Assembly: GCF_006345805.1 (NCBI RefSeq)
Contig: NC_043015.1
Span: forward strand, 19,778,001 to 19,842,000
DNA: 64,000 nt
Origin: Octopus sinensis
Taxonomy: Eukaryota
Reading direction: 5' to 3'
Shown: in pieces, positions 49,501 through 60,575 of the stretch
Layout: each line of letters starts with the position of its first letter
Numbering within the stretch: position 1 is the stretch's first letter
Translations under genes and position numbers: made by a program
Notes under the pieces: model-generated
Databases searched by the model: none
Told to the model about the DNA's origin: nothing
The model's input: only the letters and a program-made list of their open reading frames with translations

Positions 49501-52468
49501 ACGTCTCACCTTGAAAATCTCTGAATGTGTTTGGCAGGATGCTGAACAGTTGTAGACCCCTGAAACCCAAGCTTTTACAATACAGGGTCCTTATTCAAGA
49601 CGGAGAAGACGGATCTTTGCTCTTATGCTGTACCATCTTGTTCAGTGATTAGTATAGCTTTCAGTTCCAAAGTTGAGAACTTGACCTTCTAGGATCCTCC
49701 ATATGTATACCATATGTGTATATAAAAACAGAAAAAGGGTCTGTATCACTAACCCCACAATTGGTTGTTTACTGCCCTATCAACTCAATCATTCAAATAT
49801 TAAAGTAAGACCAAAGATTGAATAAAACAGCAACTGAAATAGACAAGCAAACAAACAATCATCCTTCTATTTAATTTTTGTAATTTATTTATTTCAGGAA
49901 GTCCATATGTTTTGAAAATTGGCTCTCTTCCTGATGCCAGCAAAGTTCGTGTCAGTGGGCCTGGTGTTGAACATGGTATCTTAGCAACATATCAAAGCAA
50001 GTTCTTGGTGGAGACACGTGGAGCCGGAGCTGGACAGTTAAGTGTCCGCATCAAAGGACCAAAAGGTAAGACTTGTTTGGCATGTGAGAACCAAGTTTTC
50101 AAAATGGGAACCAAATGGATTCTTTGTGTTAGTAAACTGGCAGAACTACAATTAGACTATTTAGAGTTACGACCTTTTCCATTGAGCTCCAAATCCTTCC
50201 AAGATCATCTTTGACTGTCATCCTTCGTGGGGGTCAATAAAATAAGAAATTAGCAATTAATGCCTAGTGTTCTGTGCTTGCATGAGTCAGACAGAATTTG
50301 TTGAGGCAGAATTTCTATGGTCAGATGCCATTCCTGTTTCTACCACCCTACCCCCCACTAGATCCAAACATGGTAATATTTCCTCATGGAAGGCTAGAAA
50401 CAAGCAGCCTCCCTTGTGTGAGAGAGATGCTCACTTACAGCCATCACATGATGTCAAGACAAGGATACAAACACCTGCACACATCAGACTTCTTTCACCA
50501 TCTATCAAATCCACTCACAACGCTTAGGATACTTGCCCAAGGTGCTGTTCAGTGGGACTGAACCCAAAACCACATGGTTAGGAAGCAAGGTTCTTAACCA
50601 TACCTGTACCTGTGAAGATGAAATCTTTTTCCTTTGAAAGGTTTTATTCTTTCACTCTGTTACTTGTTTCAGTCATTTGACTGCGGCCATGCTGGAGCAC
50701 CACCTTTAGTCGAACAAATCGACTCCAGGACTTATTCTTTGTAAGCCTGGTACTTATTCTATCGGTCCCTTTTGTCGAACTGCTAAGTTACGGGGACGTG
50801 AACACACCACCGTCGGTTGTCGAGCAATGTTGGGGCGGGGGTCAAACACACACACAAACATATATACATACATATATACGACAAGCTTCTTTCAGTTTCC
50901 ATCTACCAAATCCATTTGCAAGGCTTCAGTCGGCCTGAGGCTATAGTAGAAGACACTTGCACAAGGTGCCATGCAGTGGGACTGGACCCAGAACCATGTG
51001 GTTGGTAAGCAAGCTACTTACCACATAGCCACTCCAGGTAAACTATAAAATGTTCATTTATATGTTTAGACAAAAGACTGTAGGCATGGGGCTACAATAC
51101 AATAAAACAACCTAAAAAAATATATTTCCCCAAGGAAAGTATCAATTGTTGTGTTCATAAAAGAGAAAGGATCACATGATTATTGATTTGTCAAAATGTG
51201 ACTTTCCAAGTTTGGGTGGACTCTATGTAACTGAATTTGAGATACAGTTTCTAATGAGGTCAGCACTGTGTTACATCACTCTAGGCTGTGCAGAAGGTTT
51301 TGTCCAATTCCGGTAACGATTAATAACTATTCAGTATTAATTAATTATCCATGCATTTGTTTACATTTGCATTTTATGAAAGTCACCTACTACAAGCAAT
51401 ATTGTTGTTGGTGGTGTTGTTGCTGCTGTCACTGCTTCCATCAACAAGTTATCTGCTGGCTTTGTGCTTTCAAAGACCTGTGAAATAAAAGATCCCTTAC
51501 TTGAAAATCAGAGAAGGTTTAGTGGCATGAAAGGCCTCGGTGATGCTATAATACATCTAACTCAGGCTGCCATGGACAAACAAACATAAAATGAATGAAT
51601 TTGTTTAATAATTGACAAAGATGATTCTACTAATTCCAGTTGTGACTCTCCCATTACTGAAGGCACATGGCTCAGTGGTTATACCGTCACATCATTATTG
51701 ACTCGTGCACGGACTCATATTTTCCAGTATACCATCACAATATTATGGACTCATGCACTAACTCATATATTTTCTTTTACAAAACCACTTCAAAATATCT
51801 TTCAATGATGAAACACTAAATCTTTTTTTTTTCCCTAAAAATATATAATAGTAATCCCTCACCTTATCGCAGTTTATTAGTTAAGCTTACATTGATTCCT
51901 CCATGGTGTTGTTTTGCAATTATAATAAAAATATACACAAATTATAAAAATAATTTTAAAAATCTACGATACAGTACCATCTCTTTCTACTATCGTGGGG
52001 GGTTGGGTTCAAATGTAACACCTACAGGAGTCAAGAGATTATTGTACTCATAAAATAGGTATACATCTTATGTGAATGTGTGTCTTATAGACCAGTAAGT
52101 AGAGTATATAACCTCAGTTTTACATTTTTACCTTCAACAAGATTTCATATATAATTTAAATAACTGAATCAAGTTCTTGTTTTCTCTTATCTATCACTTC
52201 AGGTGCTTTCCAAGTAGAGATGTATCGAGACAACCAGAAAGACCGCAATATCATATGCTGTTACAACCCTTATGAGACAGGTCTTTATATTATCCAAATT
52301 AAATGGTCAGGAGTAGATGTACCAGGCAGTCCCTTCCAAGTTCATATTGTAGACACCCAACAGGAATATGAGACAATCATGCAAAATACAGCAGCCTACC
52401 AACAGAATGGTTACGGATTCCCAGAGTCACCTTCAATGAGACATTCTTTCACTCATTGGAGGGAATAA
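17185..52468 (+). CDS. jbug: Jitterbug/FLN-2-type filamin-repeat protein gene (10 coding exons, 2898 nt, 965 aa, 5 filamin Ig-like repeats)
   Basis: Exons 17185-18499, 32084-32227, 36416-36541, 40377-40523, 43166-43273, 46422-46613, 46747-47028, 48411-48560, 49898-50065 and 52203-52468 join in frame with GT-AG introns, all phase 1. The C-terminal repeats ([15 protein letters not shown]; [46 protein letters not shown]) match my recollection of Drosophila Jitterbug better than canonical filamin/cheerio. Confidence 0.8.
18686..19068 (+). mobile_element. tRNA-derived SINE (family A)
   Basis: ggaggcgcgatagcccagtggttagggcagc..ttttgattccc. A probable TSD (atttcatagct) flanks both sides. Confidence 0.75.
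21413..21680. repeat. GC-rich minisatellite, ~22-nt unit, about 12 copies
   Basis: Unit cttgtagttgcgggtgggcccc with point variants. Confidence 0.9.
23663..24040 (+). mobile_element. tRNA-derived SINE (family B; ..ccttgggcaagtgtcttctactatagcc.. body)
   Basis: Head ggtgcaggagtggctgtgtggtaagaagc..gggttcagtccc. Many copies occur, e.g. near 14345, 24220, 27330, 28840, 31717, 56810 (+) and 4640, 47545, 48837, 50490, 50650, 60258 (-). Confidence 0.75.
25227..25620 (-). mobile_element. Penelope-like GIY-YIG endonuclease remnant
   Basis: [50 protein letters not shown] resembles the PLE motif IIYQATV..YIG.TEG.FKQRY.NH.SSF..LN.RSE...CRH. Confidence 0.6.
26754..27248. mobile_element. Tc1/mariner-superfamily (Tigger/pogo-like) MITE
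   Basis: TA-cagtaatcactcaccat ... atagtcgagggattactg-TA (TIRs with TA TSD). Related pieces lie at ~33200-33413 and ~51849-52045. Confidence 0.7.
27330..27780 (+). mobile_element. tRNA-derived SINE (family B, full length, with internal TA/TG microsatellite)
   Basis: ggcgcaggagtggctctgtggtaagtagc..ccgggttcagtccc..; tail ggtggtgctccagcatggttgcagtcaaatgactgaaacaagt. Confidence 0.75.
29788..30700 (-). mobile_element. Tx1/L1-like non-LTR retrotransposon 3' fragment embedded in (GATA)n
   Basis: Minus-strand peptide ..[30 protein letters not shown].. (CCHC zinc knuckle downstream of RT) continues to [14 protein letters not shown]. The 3' end ..taataaagaaacat runs into (TATC)n, and (GATA)/(GACA)n lies on both sides. 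Confidence 0.75.
31119..31158 (-). ncRNA. Minimal type-I hammerhead motif in a 133-bp fold-back element (31097-31229)
   Basis: The minus strand reads AGT-CTGATGA-A-GGCTAGCTAACT-GAAA-CTTCGAAG-TT-ACT. The core is intact, stem III is palindromic and stem II is weakened. The element ends are 21-bp inverted repeats with 1 mismatch. Confidence 0.65.
32084..32227 (+). CDS. jbug: Filamin-like gene exon 2
   Basis: ttttgtag|GAACA..GTTGATG|gtgaga; (G)[47 protein letters not shown]. Confidence 0.9.
33766..34130 (+). mobile_element. Older Tx1/L1-like 3' fragment, related to 29788-30700
   Basis: [43 protein letters not shown], paralogous to the minus-strand copy. Confidence 0.65.
35694..35740 (+). ncRNA. 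Degenerate hammerhead motif in a short TA-flanked element
   Basis: AGGGTGT-CTGAGA-GACATA(AC)TATGCC-GAAA-TAGCAG-TC-AAATCCCT. It has a 1-nt core deletion, a GUC triplet and a partial stem I (AGGG/CCCT). Confidence 0.5.
36416..36541 (+). CDS. jbug: Filamin-like gene exon 3
   Basis: ttcctag|GACCA..ATAAAAG|gtaaat; (G)[41 protein letters not shown]. Confidence 0.92.
36990..38265 (+). mobile_element. RTE-clade LINE 5' portion (5' UTR plus AP-endonuclease N-terminus), 3'-truncated
   Basis: 37833-38265 reads ..[75 protein letters not shown], an RTE-type APE with one stop. A GC-richer leader lies upstream. Confidence 0.8.
39294..39448. repeat. 63-bp inverted repeat (1 mismatch, 29-nt loop) in a TA-flanked non-autonomous element (~39225-39448)
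   Basis: Arms 39294-39356 and 39386-39448. They contain GAAA-CTC-A-GAG-TT, resembling the 3' half of a hammerhead. Same family as 52587-52743. Confidence 0.9.
40377..40523 (+). CDS. jbug: Filamin-like gene exon 4
   Basis: ctttacag|GAAGT..GGGCCAG|gtattt; (G)[48 protein letters not shown]. Confidence 0.92.
40845..42612 (-). mobile_element. RTE-type LINE, 5'-truncated reverse transcriptase region and 3' UTR (pseudogenised)
   Basis: Minus-strand peptides [59 protein letters not shown] (YADD-like) and ..[16 protein letters not shown]; frameshifts and deletions are present. Confidence 0.9.
43166..43273 (+). CDS. jbug: Filamin-like gene exon 5
   Basis: attttag|GTAAC..GTTGAAG|gtaaga; (G)[35 protein letters not shown]. 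Confidence 0.92.
46422..46613 (+). CDS. jbug: Filamin-like gene exon 6
   Basis: caatag|GTGAT..GGCCCAG|gtacca; (G)[63 protein letters not shown]. Confidence 0.92.
46747..47028 (+). CDS. jbug: Filamin-like gene exon 7
   Basis: tttttag|GTAAA..GGACTGG|gtacgt; (G)[66 protein letters not shown]. Preceded by a 133-nt intron. Confidence 0.92.
47132..47168 (+). ncRNA. Minimal type-I hammerhead motif with intact core, sense strand of filamin intron 7
   Basis: TG-CTGATGA-TGCTT(GTTG)AGGCA-GAAA-CA(CA)TG-TC-CA. CUGAUGA, GAAA and GUC are intact, stem II is 5 bp, stem III is 3 bp and stem I has only 2 adjacent bp. AATAAA follows at 47192. Confidence 0.65.
48411..48560 (+). CDS. jbug: Filamin-like gene exon 8 (not in the supplied ORF track)
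   Basis: tatccag|GCGAA..ATATTAG|gtaagc; (G)[49 protein letters not shown]. Confidence 0.93.
49094..49282. mobile_element. Fold-back element with 83-bp arms, each carrying a hammerhead motif (49118-49172 on -, 49204-49258 on +)
   Basis: The minus arm reads GTGC-CTGATGA-ATATGTT(13)AACATAT-GAAA-CTATTAA-TA-GCAC. The plus arm is the same motif with CTGATGA>TTGATGA and a few stem II/loop differences. Confidence 0.75.
49898..50065 (+). CDS. jbug: Filamin-like gene exon 9
   Basis: atttcag|GAAGT..CCAAAAG|gtaaga; (G)[55 protein letters not shown]. Confidence 0.95.
52203..52468 (+). CDS. jbug: Filamin-like gene last coding exon (10)
   Basis: cacttcag|GTGCT; (G)[58 protein letters not shown]. Confidence 0.93.
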
Positions 52469-52560
52469 TATTTAACAGAATGGAGCAATGGTATAAATTG
52501 ATTTATCAACAGAGTACTAAAAAAAAAATTTAACAACTTTCAACTATATTATGTATATAT

Positions 52561-52768
52561 TATGTGATAAATATATATATATATATATTGGTAAAAACAG
52601 TAAGATAACGAAAGAAAGAGACCTCAATATTATGTAAATAGAGGAATTTATCTGTAAATGTAATATGTGACAATTATTCAGTGGCCAAGATAAAACTCAG
52701 AGTTTTATCTTGGCTTCCGAATAATTGTCACATATTACATTTATATATATATATATATTTATCACATA
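52561..52768. repeat. Long fold-back just downstream of the filamin-like stop codon (probable 3' UTR)
   Basis: Inner arms 52655-52698 and 52700-52743 are centred on aaaactc-a-gagtttt. The outer tatgtgataaat(ta)n / (ta)n atttatcacata flanks are also inverted. Confidence 0.85.
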
Positions 52769-53308
52769 AGAATATCAATACTCAATACTAATACAATTTA
52801 TAAATAGTAAAAAAATTTAATAATTCCCCGCTCTCTCCTGTATTTTATCTATGAAACTAATTATTATTTCGGCATAAAACCAGTAGTTCTAGGGATAAGG
52901 GTGTCAGTTAATTACATTAACCCCCCAGTACGTGACAGGTATTTATTTTATTGACCCTGAAAGAATGGAAGGCAAAGTTCAAATTTCTGGAATGAGCCAG
53001 AACAAACAGTACAAAGCTTTTTTTTTTTATTATTTTTACTCTGTGCTGCACTACTTCTTGCAGCTGATGCTCTGAGTTCAAATTCCAACAAAGTCAACTT
53101 CATTTGTCATCCTTTCAGGGTCAATAAAATATATATCAAGTAGTATGGTGATGTAATCAACTGGCCCTCCACCCACCGTCTCCTCAAAATTGCAGGCCTT
53201 GTGCCAAAATATAATAATTTTCATTATAAATAAAAGAAATCATTATCGTTAGGCCCAAAGAGGGTAGAATGAGTATAAGACTGAAGTTAGGTTTATAGCA
53301 GTCAAAAT

Positions 53309-53473
53309 CAGGAGTTCCCAACCTTTTCACTACCAAGGACTCCTTTCACTGAAATGAGTTTTCCCACGGGCCCCAGGATATTGAAAGGTCTATCAGCTTA
53401 ACGTGTTCACGCAACATCAGCACTACTTTTGCAGACCACCAGGAGTCCACAGACCACAGGTTGGGAACCACTG
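53309..53473. mobile_element. hAT (Charlie/MER5-like) MITE
   Basis: TIRs caggagttcccaacc / ggttgggaaccactg; degenerate 8-bp TSD gtcaaaat / gtctagat. Confidence 0.65.
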
Positions 53474-55342
53474 GTCTAGATAATTCAATGATTTGCTGAA
53501 ATTCATTTGTCTGAGGGAGAAGCAGGGGTGTTCAATAATAATAACTAACAAATGTGTACTGGGGTTTTATACTTCAGTTTGGTTATATAAACCTAAACCC
53601 AGAAAATATGTAGCCAGGTACCTATGCAAGAAATTATTATTAGGCAACAAGCATACCATGCAAAATCATTAGCACACCAGGCAAAATGCTTAGTGGTATT
53701 TCATCTGTCGCTACATTCCGAGTTCAAATTCCACCGAGGTCAACTTTGCCTTTTATCCTTTCGCAGTCAAATTAAGTAGCAGTGAAGTACTGGAGACCGA
53801 TGTGATCGATTGTCCCCCTCCAAAAAATCCAGGCCTTGTGCCTATATTAGAAAGGATTAATTACCAACAATGTTATTTGTTAATGAAGTAAGTTGGGGCA
53901 ACAGAGTGCCAAACTTGTTGAATGCAGCGCAGTACTTAGCTCATTTGTTGTTGTTTTTTGTGAGCACCTCAACTGCCATGTTCAAATTCCTGCTGGGTTC
54001 AAACATTAACTTTTCATTCTACAAGGGTCAATAAAACAAAGAAAACTCAATGATCTATTGATTCAATGCAATCAAAATCACTCCCTCTCCCCACCACTGT
54101 CCTACTGTCCACTTTTAAATTCTCCATGGACTTATATAATTTACATCCCATGTTCAAATCCCACTGATGTTATCTTTTAGCTTTCACGAGGTCAAGGTCG
54201 ATAAAAACCAATTACCAGTCAAGTACTGTGGGGGATAGGGTCAACTTAACCCTACCTCTTCTTCAGTAATCTGACCTTATAATCATTCCATTTACGAAAG
54301 TACATGATCTGTATATTTTACCTTTTTTTGCTAATACATTTGAATATAAGACTGCTCCCCTCCACAACTTCACAGAAATGTGGCATGGAGAGAAATCTCC
54401 ATCATTACAAAAGCCAATAGACAACAAATTATAAGAGTGCCAGACTAAAAACTTACATAGAATTTAGTTCAACATTCCATGTTCAAATCCCTTTGGAGTG
54501 GGATGTTGGCTCACCAAATGACCAGGGTTTTTTCTTAATGCAGGCATTTTCTTTTTACTCAGCTATAATTCTATATCCCTACAAATTTATGATCATTTCA
54601 GAAATCATTCTCACTGTATTTTCCAACAAACAAGTTGAATTTTTCAAACCAAGATTTACAGCAAAAAAAAAAAAAAAAAAAAAAAATGGGGTTGGGGTAA
54701 GCTGACTTTGGGGGACCAAAAATTCAATGGGAAATGCAGCAGAATTTGGAAAGATGGTGACAATGTTTAAATGTTTACACTATATATATATATATAAATA
54801 ATGTCAACTTGTATGCTGGAAAATACAGTGTGTATATATACACATTACCTCCGAGTCTGCCCTGGTCAAACAAACCTATAAGTATGGTTAAACAGATTCC
54901 ACCCATGGCCATCTCATCTTTTGTTTGTTTGTTTTTTGTTTATAGTAAGGTGTAATATGAGAAAGATTGAGCTGCTATTTCTAGAAAACAGAGGCTCCCT
55001 CACTGGGTTGGCTCATCATTATTGAGGGAATCTTTCACAGCAAGGTGCAATACGAGGGAGATTTGGCTGCAACTTCTAGAACATGCAAGCTCTCTCATTG
55101 GGTTGACACATCATTATTGGGGAGGGAGAGTATTATAAAAGCTACAAATCATTTTGGCTAAATCACTGCATTCCATTAGGTTTTGGCTCTCTAATCTCAC
55201 TAATAATAATAATAATAATCAACTAAACATACCCTTCCACAATTGGAAATCATTAATTCTCCTTTAACAACAATAATTATAATTTTGATAAATTTATAAA
55301 TTAAAACTTATGATGTATTTTATATGAAATACATATTGTTGA

Positions 55343-55348
55343 AATAAA
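55343..55348 (+). terminator. Candidate polyadenylation signal of the filamin-like gene
   Basis: AATAAA followed 20-60 nt later by a T/GT-rich tract. Other AATAAA hexamers occur upstream, so this site is not unique. Confidence 0.35.
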
Positions 55349-57486
55349 AACAAAATTAAAATGTAATATTTGTTATTTTCAATGTATTGTCATTAATATT
55401 TTTTTGTCTTGCAAGTACTTGGTGACCCTATCAGTGCAGGTGCCACTTAAAAGCACCCAAGCCACACTGTAAAGTGGTTGGTGTTTGGAAGGGCATCCAG
55501 CTGTAAAAACCTTTCCAAAACTGACCTTGTCTGTGCATATGTCACATAAAAAGCACTACTGACCTTACCTGTGCCATGTAAAAAGCACTAAGTCCCACTC
55601 TGCCAAGTGGTTGATGTTAGGAAGGGCATCCAGCTGAAACACGCAGAAGTCTGGTGCTTCTGCCTGCCCGGCTTTTGTGAAACCGTCCCACCCATGTGTG
55701 CGTGGAAGATGAATGTTAAATGATGATGATGTGAGGAGCTTCTTTCATTTCCCTGTCTGGGCTATAGAAGATGCCTACCTAATGTGTCAAGCACTGAAAC
55801 ATAAATTCTTCATAGAAAAATTATTCCTGAAGGGTATTTTGATATACTGTTTAAAAATGTGTTTCACTGTCTAAAAAAAAACAAATGATTAAAAGAAAAG
55901 TTTGTGTCTGTGTATGGTGAGAACAGTGAATATTAAAACCTCAATTTTTCAAAGAATCATTAGTATTAAATTTCAAAACATCAACACATTTTACATAAAT
56001 GGGTAATTGATAAGCTGAAACGTAATAATGTAATTAATGATTTTGTAACAAGAAATACAATATCTTCCGAAACATTGGAAACTTTCTACAGATGTCTTAA
56101 ATATGTAAACAACACATCTAAGACTAAATGACATACAAATACTAATTAACTAACAGAAATACTGGAATAGAAAAGAAAATTTGTTTATTAAAAGAGAAAA
56201 AAATAGCATTAGTCAAACACTTAATTGCAATAGTATTATAATTACATAAAAAACTTAGTTAAAAAAAAAAATTGTAAAACTACTTTCATCTGTGAGCTAT
56301 TATTAAAATTAAAATTTTTTTTTTGAAAAATAGCTTTTCAAGTGTTTTCTAATTTCTTAGTTTTTCATTACAGATTCTGTTTATTATTATTGTTGTTCAA
56401 ACAGCAAGCTGGCAGAATTGTTGGCACGCTGGATGAAATGCTTAGCAGTATTTCACCTGTTGCTACACTTCAAGTTGAAATTCCGCCGAGGTCAATTTTG
56501 CCTTTCATCCTTTCAGGGGGTCGATGAAATAAGTACCAGTTATACACTGGGGTTGATGTGTTTGACTTAATCCCCTCCCCCAAGCTGCCCTTGTGACAAA
56601 TATTTGAAACTGCTATTATTAGTAGTACAACTACCACCAGTGCATCATTAAATACTTATGTTTCTCTACTGTCATAGTTCTAACAATAACATCCGTTAGT
56701 TCTCTCAGCTATTCTTTAAATGATGTCAAAGTCTTGTAAGATATTAACAGAGTAGAAGGAAGTGTTTGCCAGATTTTTTCTATGGATTTTTTTTGTCATG
56801 TCACTTGATAAGGCATGGCTATGTGGTTAACAAGCAACCACATGGTAACAAATTTAGTGCCACAGCATGGCACTTTGGGCAAGTGTCTACTATAGTCCCA
56901 GACCAATCAATGCTTTGAGAAATGAATTCAGTAGATGGAAACTGTGTAGAAGCCTTACATGTGTGTGTTTGCTCCCCACCATTGCTTGACAACTGGTGTT
57001 AGTTTATGTCCCTAAAACTTAGTGATTCAGCAAAAGAGACCAACAATAAATAGTGGAGTCAAATTTTACAACCACCACCAGGCACAGCTGCAGTCAAATC
57101 ACAAACAAGAGATGATGATAATGGAGTCTAACTTAGACAATAAGCCAAACAATGTGACCCCCACCACCAAATTACTTTCCCTCTGTTTTTGCCTTTAACA
57201 AAGACAACAATGTACCCTCATACCTATAACTTAACACAGTAACACTATATTACTTAACAGAAAAACAACCTAGTGCAACAATGTTTGTTTTGTTTTTGTT
57301 GCTTGCAATATTGTGAAAATTGTCTCAGCAGTCCTATAAAGAATTTGCAGGAATATAACACACATTGCTGATATGTTTTGAGAATGTCTAAGACCAAATC
57401 AAGGCAGACTCCCAAAAAAACTGCATGAAATTGGAAAATATGTTGATTGGAGGATCTGACCATTATTGAAAAGTCCACTAACAGTC

Positions 57487-57608
57487 TTATAAAGGTATAT
57501 TTGCATGCTTCTTCCAAGGATTGCTGACTTTCTTGTTGGACAACATTTCCAAATCTTGACAGATTCGACGACGAGTGGTATTTGGTTCTATGATGTCATC
57601 AACGAAAC
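57487..57608 (-). CDS. PCCB: Propionyl-CoA carboxylase beta chain, last coding exon
   Basis: ttttcag|GTTTC; (G)[39 protein letters not shown], the characteristic PCCB C-terminus (KHANIPL). Not in the ORF track. Confidence 0.95.
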
Positions 57609-58219
57609 CTGAAAACAGAAAGAAAGAAAAAATATGACTATTCCTTTATGCTACAACATTGAATATTTCATAAAAAAAACACTGATATAATACTATACAA
57701 ACAAAACATTTAATAAAATTATATGTAAGCTTTGTTATACACTACAAAATGCCATTTTCATAACCATTTCATTCTGAAGGGGACATTGCAAAGGTCTTGA
57801 AATGTTACTGGGCTGATTTAGAAATGTTATTGTTCCAAACTAAAAGAACTAAGATGGAAAAATAAAATATTCTCAAAAAACAAAAAAAAAAACAAAAGAT
57901 CCAAGTTGAATAGTCAAGTCTTTAATATATTTGAATGAAAAGATGTTACATACACACACACATAGAGATTGAGGTATATCTCTATCTTTGATTTAACATC
58001 CAGTGTTCCACGCTTGTACGGGTTGGATGGAATTTTCTACAGCCAGATGTCCTTCCTTGTTACCAACCTTCATTTGTTTCCAGGCAAGGTAATATTTCCC
58101 CATGGCCAGACAACACATGATATCAAGGTAAGGAGACAGTAAGACACACACATGCACACACACAGATAGACAGGCATACAGAGTGAGAGATGGAGAGATT
58201 TCAAAGTAAAGAAGTTTAC

Positions 58220-58316
58220 CTCTAGAAGCTGCTGGGAAAGGATTAGCAAACTTATCCACATATTCTGCTTCATTAGCTTGATTATCTTCACCACGGAATA
58301 TAATCTTGACGGCACC
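58220..58316 (-). CDS. PCCB: PCCB penultimate coding exon
   Basis: cttgaag|GGTGCC..TCTAGAG|gtaaac; [32 protein letters not shown](G); 97 nt, phase 0 to phase 1. Confidence 0.95.
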
Positions 58317-60575
58317 CTTCAAGAGAAAAAGTAGAATTCTGAGCATACATTGGGGATATGGACCTTCAAATGTTTTTTTTTCATTATGTGTGTGAGTGTG
58401 TGGCCTGGTGGGGGGGGGGCATGGTTTTGCACTTACAATTGCTACATCATAAGCTTAATTCCGGGACCAAACAGCACATTGTGTTCTCGAGTAAAACACT
58501 TCATTTTCATTGCTCCAGTTCACTCAGCTGTAAATGGTGGTCACCCTGCAACTGACCAGCTTTCCAATCAGGAGGGAATGTTGGCCTCCGCGCCTTGCCA
58601 GCAGCTGGCATCATGCGAAAGCTAAAACATTGTGACCAGCAACGTATAACAACATTTGATAGCCTGGTCAATCACAATCACATGATTTAGTATATATGTA
58701 TATTAAAACAAAAACTAGAAAGTCTGGCATATTTTCCAAAATATACCAAACTTTCAGGTCTTTGATTTAATATATACTTATTCTGCAAATATGACTCACA
58801 AAAATTTTCAAACCTTCAATGAGAATATATACCTCATTTAAAATAAAACATTTACATATTGAGACATATATGGAGATAGGCTCTGGGGGTATGCTGTGAC
58901 TGAGAAAACCCGACAAATAAAGTGAGTTCACAGCTGTAACCTACCAGTGTCACATAACCAGCCCACTCAAAAGTAACTTGGATTGTAGGGCGACATGCCA
59001 TGCTTGAGGAGACCTATTGAGTCAAGTACATCAAAACCAAAATCAAATGGAAATTGTAGTTGTGATTCCCATGTCGGTGGCACGTAAAAAGCACCATCCA
59101 AATGTGGCCGATGCCAGTGCCTCCTTGACTAGCTTCTGTGCCAGTGGCATGTAAAAAGCACCAATCAATCGTGATCGTTGCCAGCCTCCTCTGGCCCCTG
59201 TGCTGGTGGCACGTAAAAAGCACCCACTACACTCTCAGAGTGGTTGGCATTAGGAAGGGCATCCAGCTGTAGAAATACTGCCAGATCAGACTGGAGCCTG
59301 GTGCAGCCTCCTGGCTTCCCAGACCTCAGTCGAACCGTCCAGCCCAAGCTAGCAAGGAAAATGGACGTTAAACGATGATGATGAGGATTTGACTGCGGGA
59401 ACATGCAGATGTGCTTCATGAAGAAACAGCCTGTATTATAATCCTTTCTGTACACTATACAACATGTTATAGTTTTGAGAGCAGAAAGTAGAAGAGCAGA
59501 CCAGTTGGGCAAGAAACAGTACCAACACAACAGACATCAGTTCTGCCAACCACATATTTATACATTTATTTTGTCTAGACACAAGACAGGCTTTTGTATA
59601 ACAATAAAGAAGAGGTGTATAGTCAATTAGGTAGATTAAAACACTCAGCAACAACTTTTAAATGAAAGAAGGCATATAAGTCAAATAAAATTAGAGCAAA
59701 CAAGATTAGACTTCTGCACAAAAGATGGTGGATATAGTTAACATAGAGTTAACTGAACAGGTTAGAACTTCTTGAGAAAGTTGGTTGAAGAGGGCTCAAA
59801 AATGACATCATCATCATTTAGTGTCCATTTGTCCAGTCTGGCATGGGTTGGACAGTTTGACTCAGACCCGGTAAGCTGAGGGGCTGTACTAGACACCAGT
59901 CTGCTTTGGCATGGTTTCTATGATTGGATGCCTTTCCTAATGCCAACCACTCCGAAAGTGTAATGGGTGTTTTTATGTGCCATTTGCGTGACACCAGTAT
60001 CTGCTACTAGAATTTCCTTTTGTTTGATGGATCTTATTTCTCAAGAACAGCATATTGCCAAAGGTCTCGGTACCTGTAGTAGATAAACCAGGTAACACTG
60101 ATAAAGCATATAAGTAGTGAAGTAGTATGTAACTACCTCCTGGCCTCTTGACTACATGTAACAGTTATAAATGAGTGACACTGTCATGTCTGCCTCAACA
60201 AAATCCCCCCCAAGCCCTGCAAGCATGGAAAAGCAGGAATTAAGATGATGATCTGTACACGATGGGCGTCTTTCAGTTTCCATCAACCAAGTCCACTAAC
60301 AAGACTTTGGTCAACACAAAGTGTCAAACAAGGAAACTGAACCCAGGACCAAGTGGTTAGGAAGCAAACATCTCAACCACACAATTGTGGTTGCACTCAT
60401 TGCTTAACTGTTCTCTCAAGAAAAGTTAACCCGAGTTAACGAACAACTACATTAAAAATAATTAGCATCAATGATGCCAATGACAGCACTTCCACATGGT
60501 CACATAATCTGCTCGAAATAGCTGTCAGATCTCCCCTCCCCCAAATGACATCCTGCTGGCTCTAAAAAGAATATA

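Noticed and set aside
57765-57830. Hammerhead-like CTGAAG-GGGAC..GTCTT-GAAA in the last PCCB intron
   Set aside because: The core is incomplete and there is no credible stem III or cleavage-site geometry.
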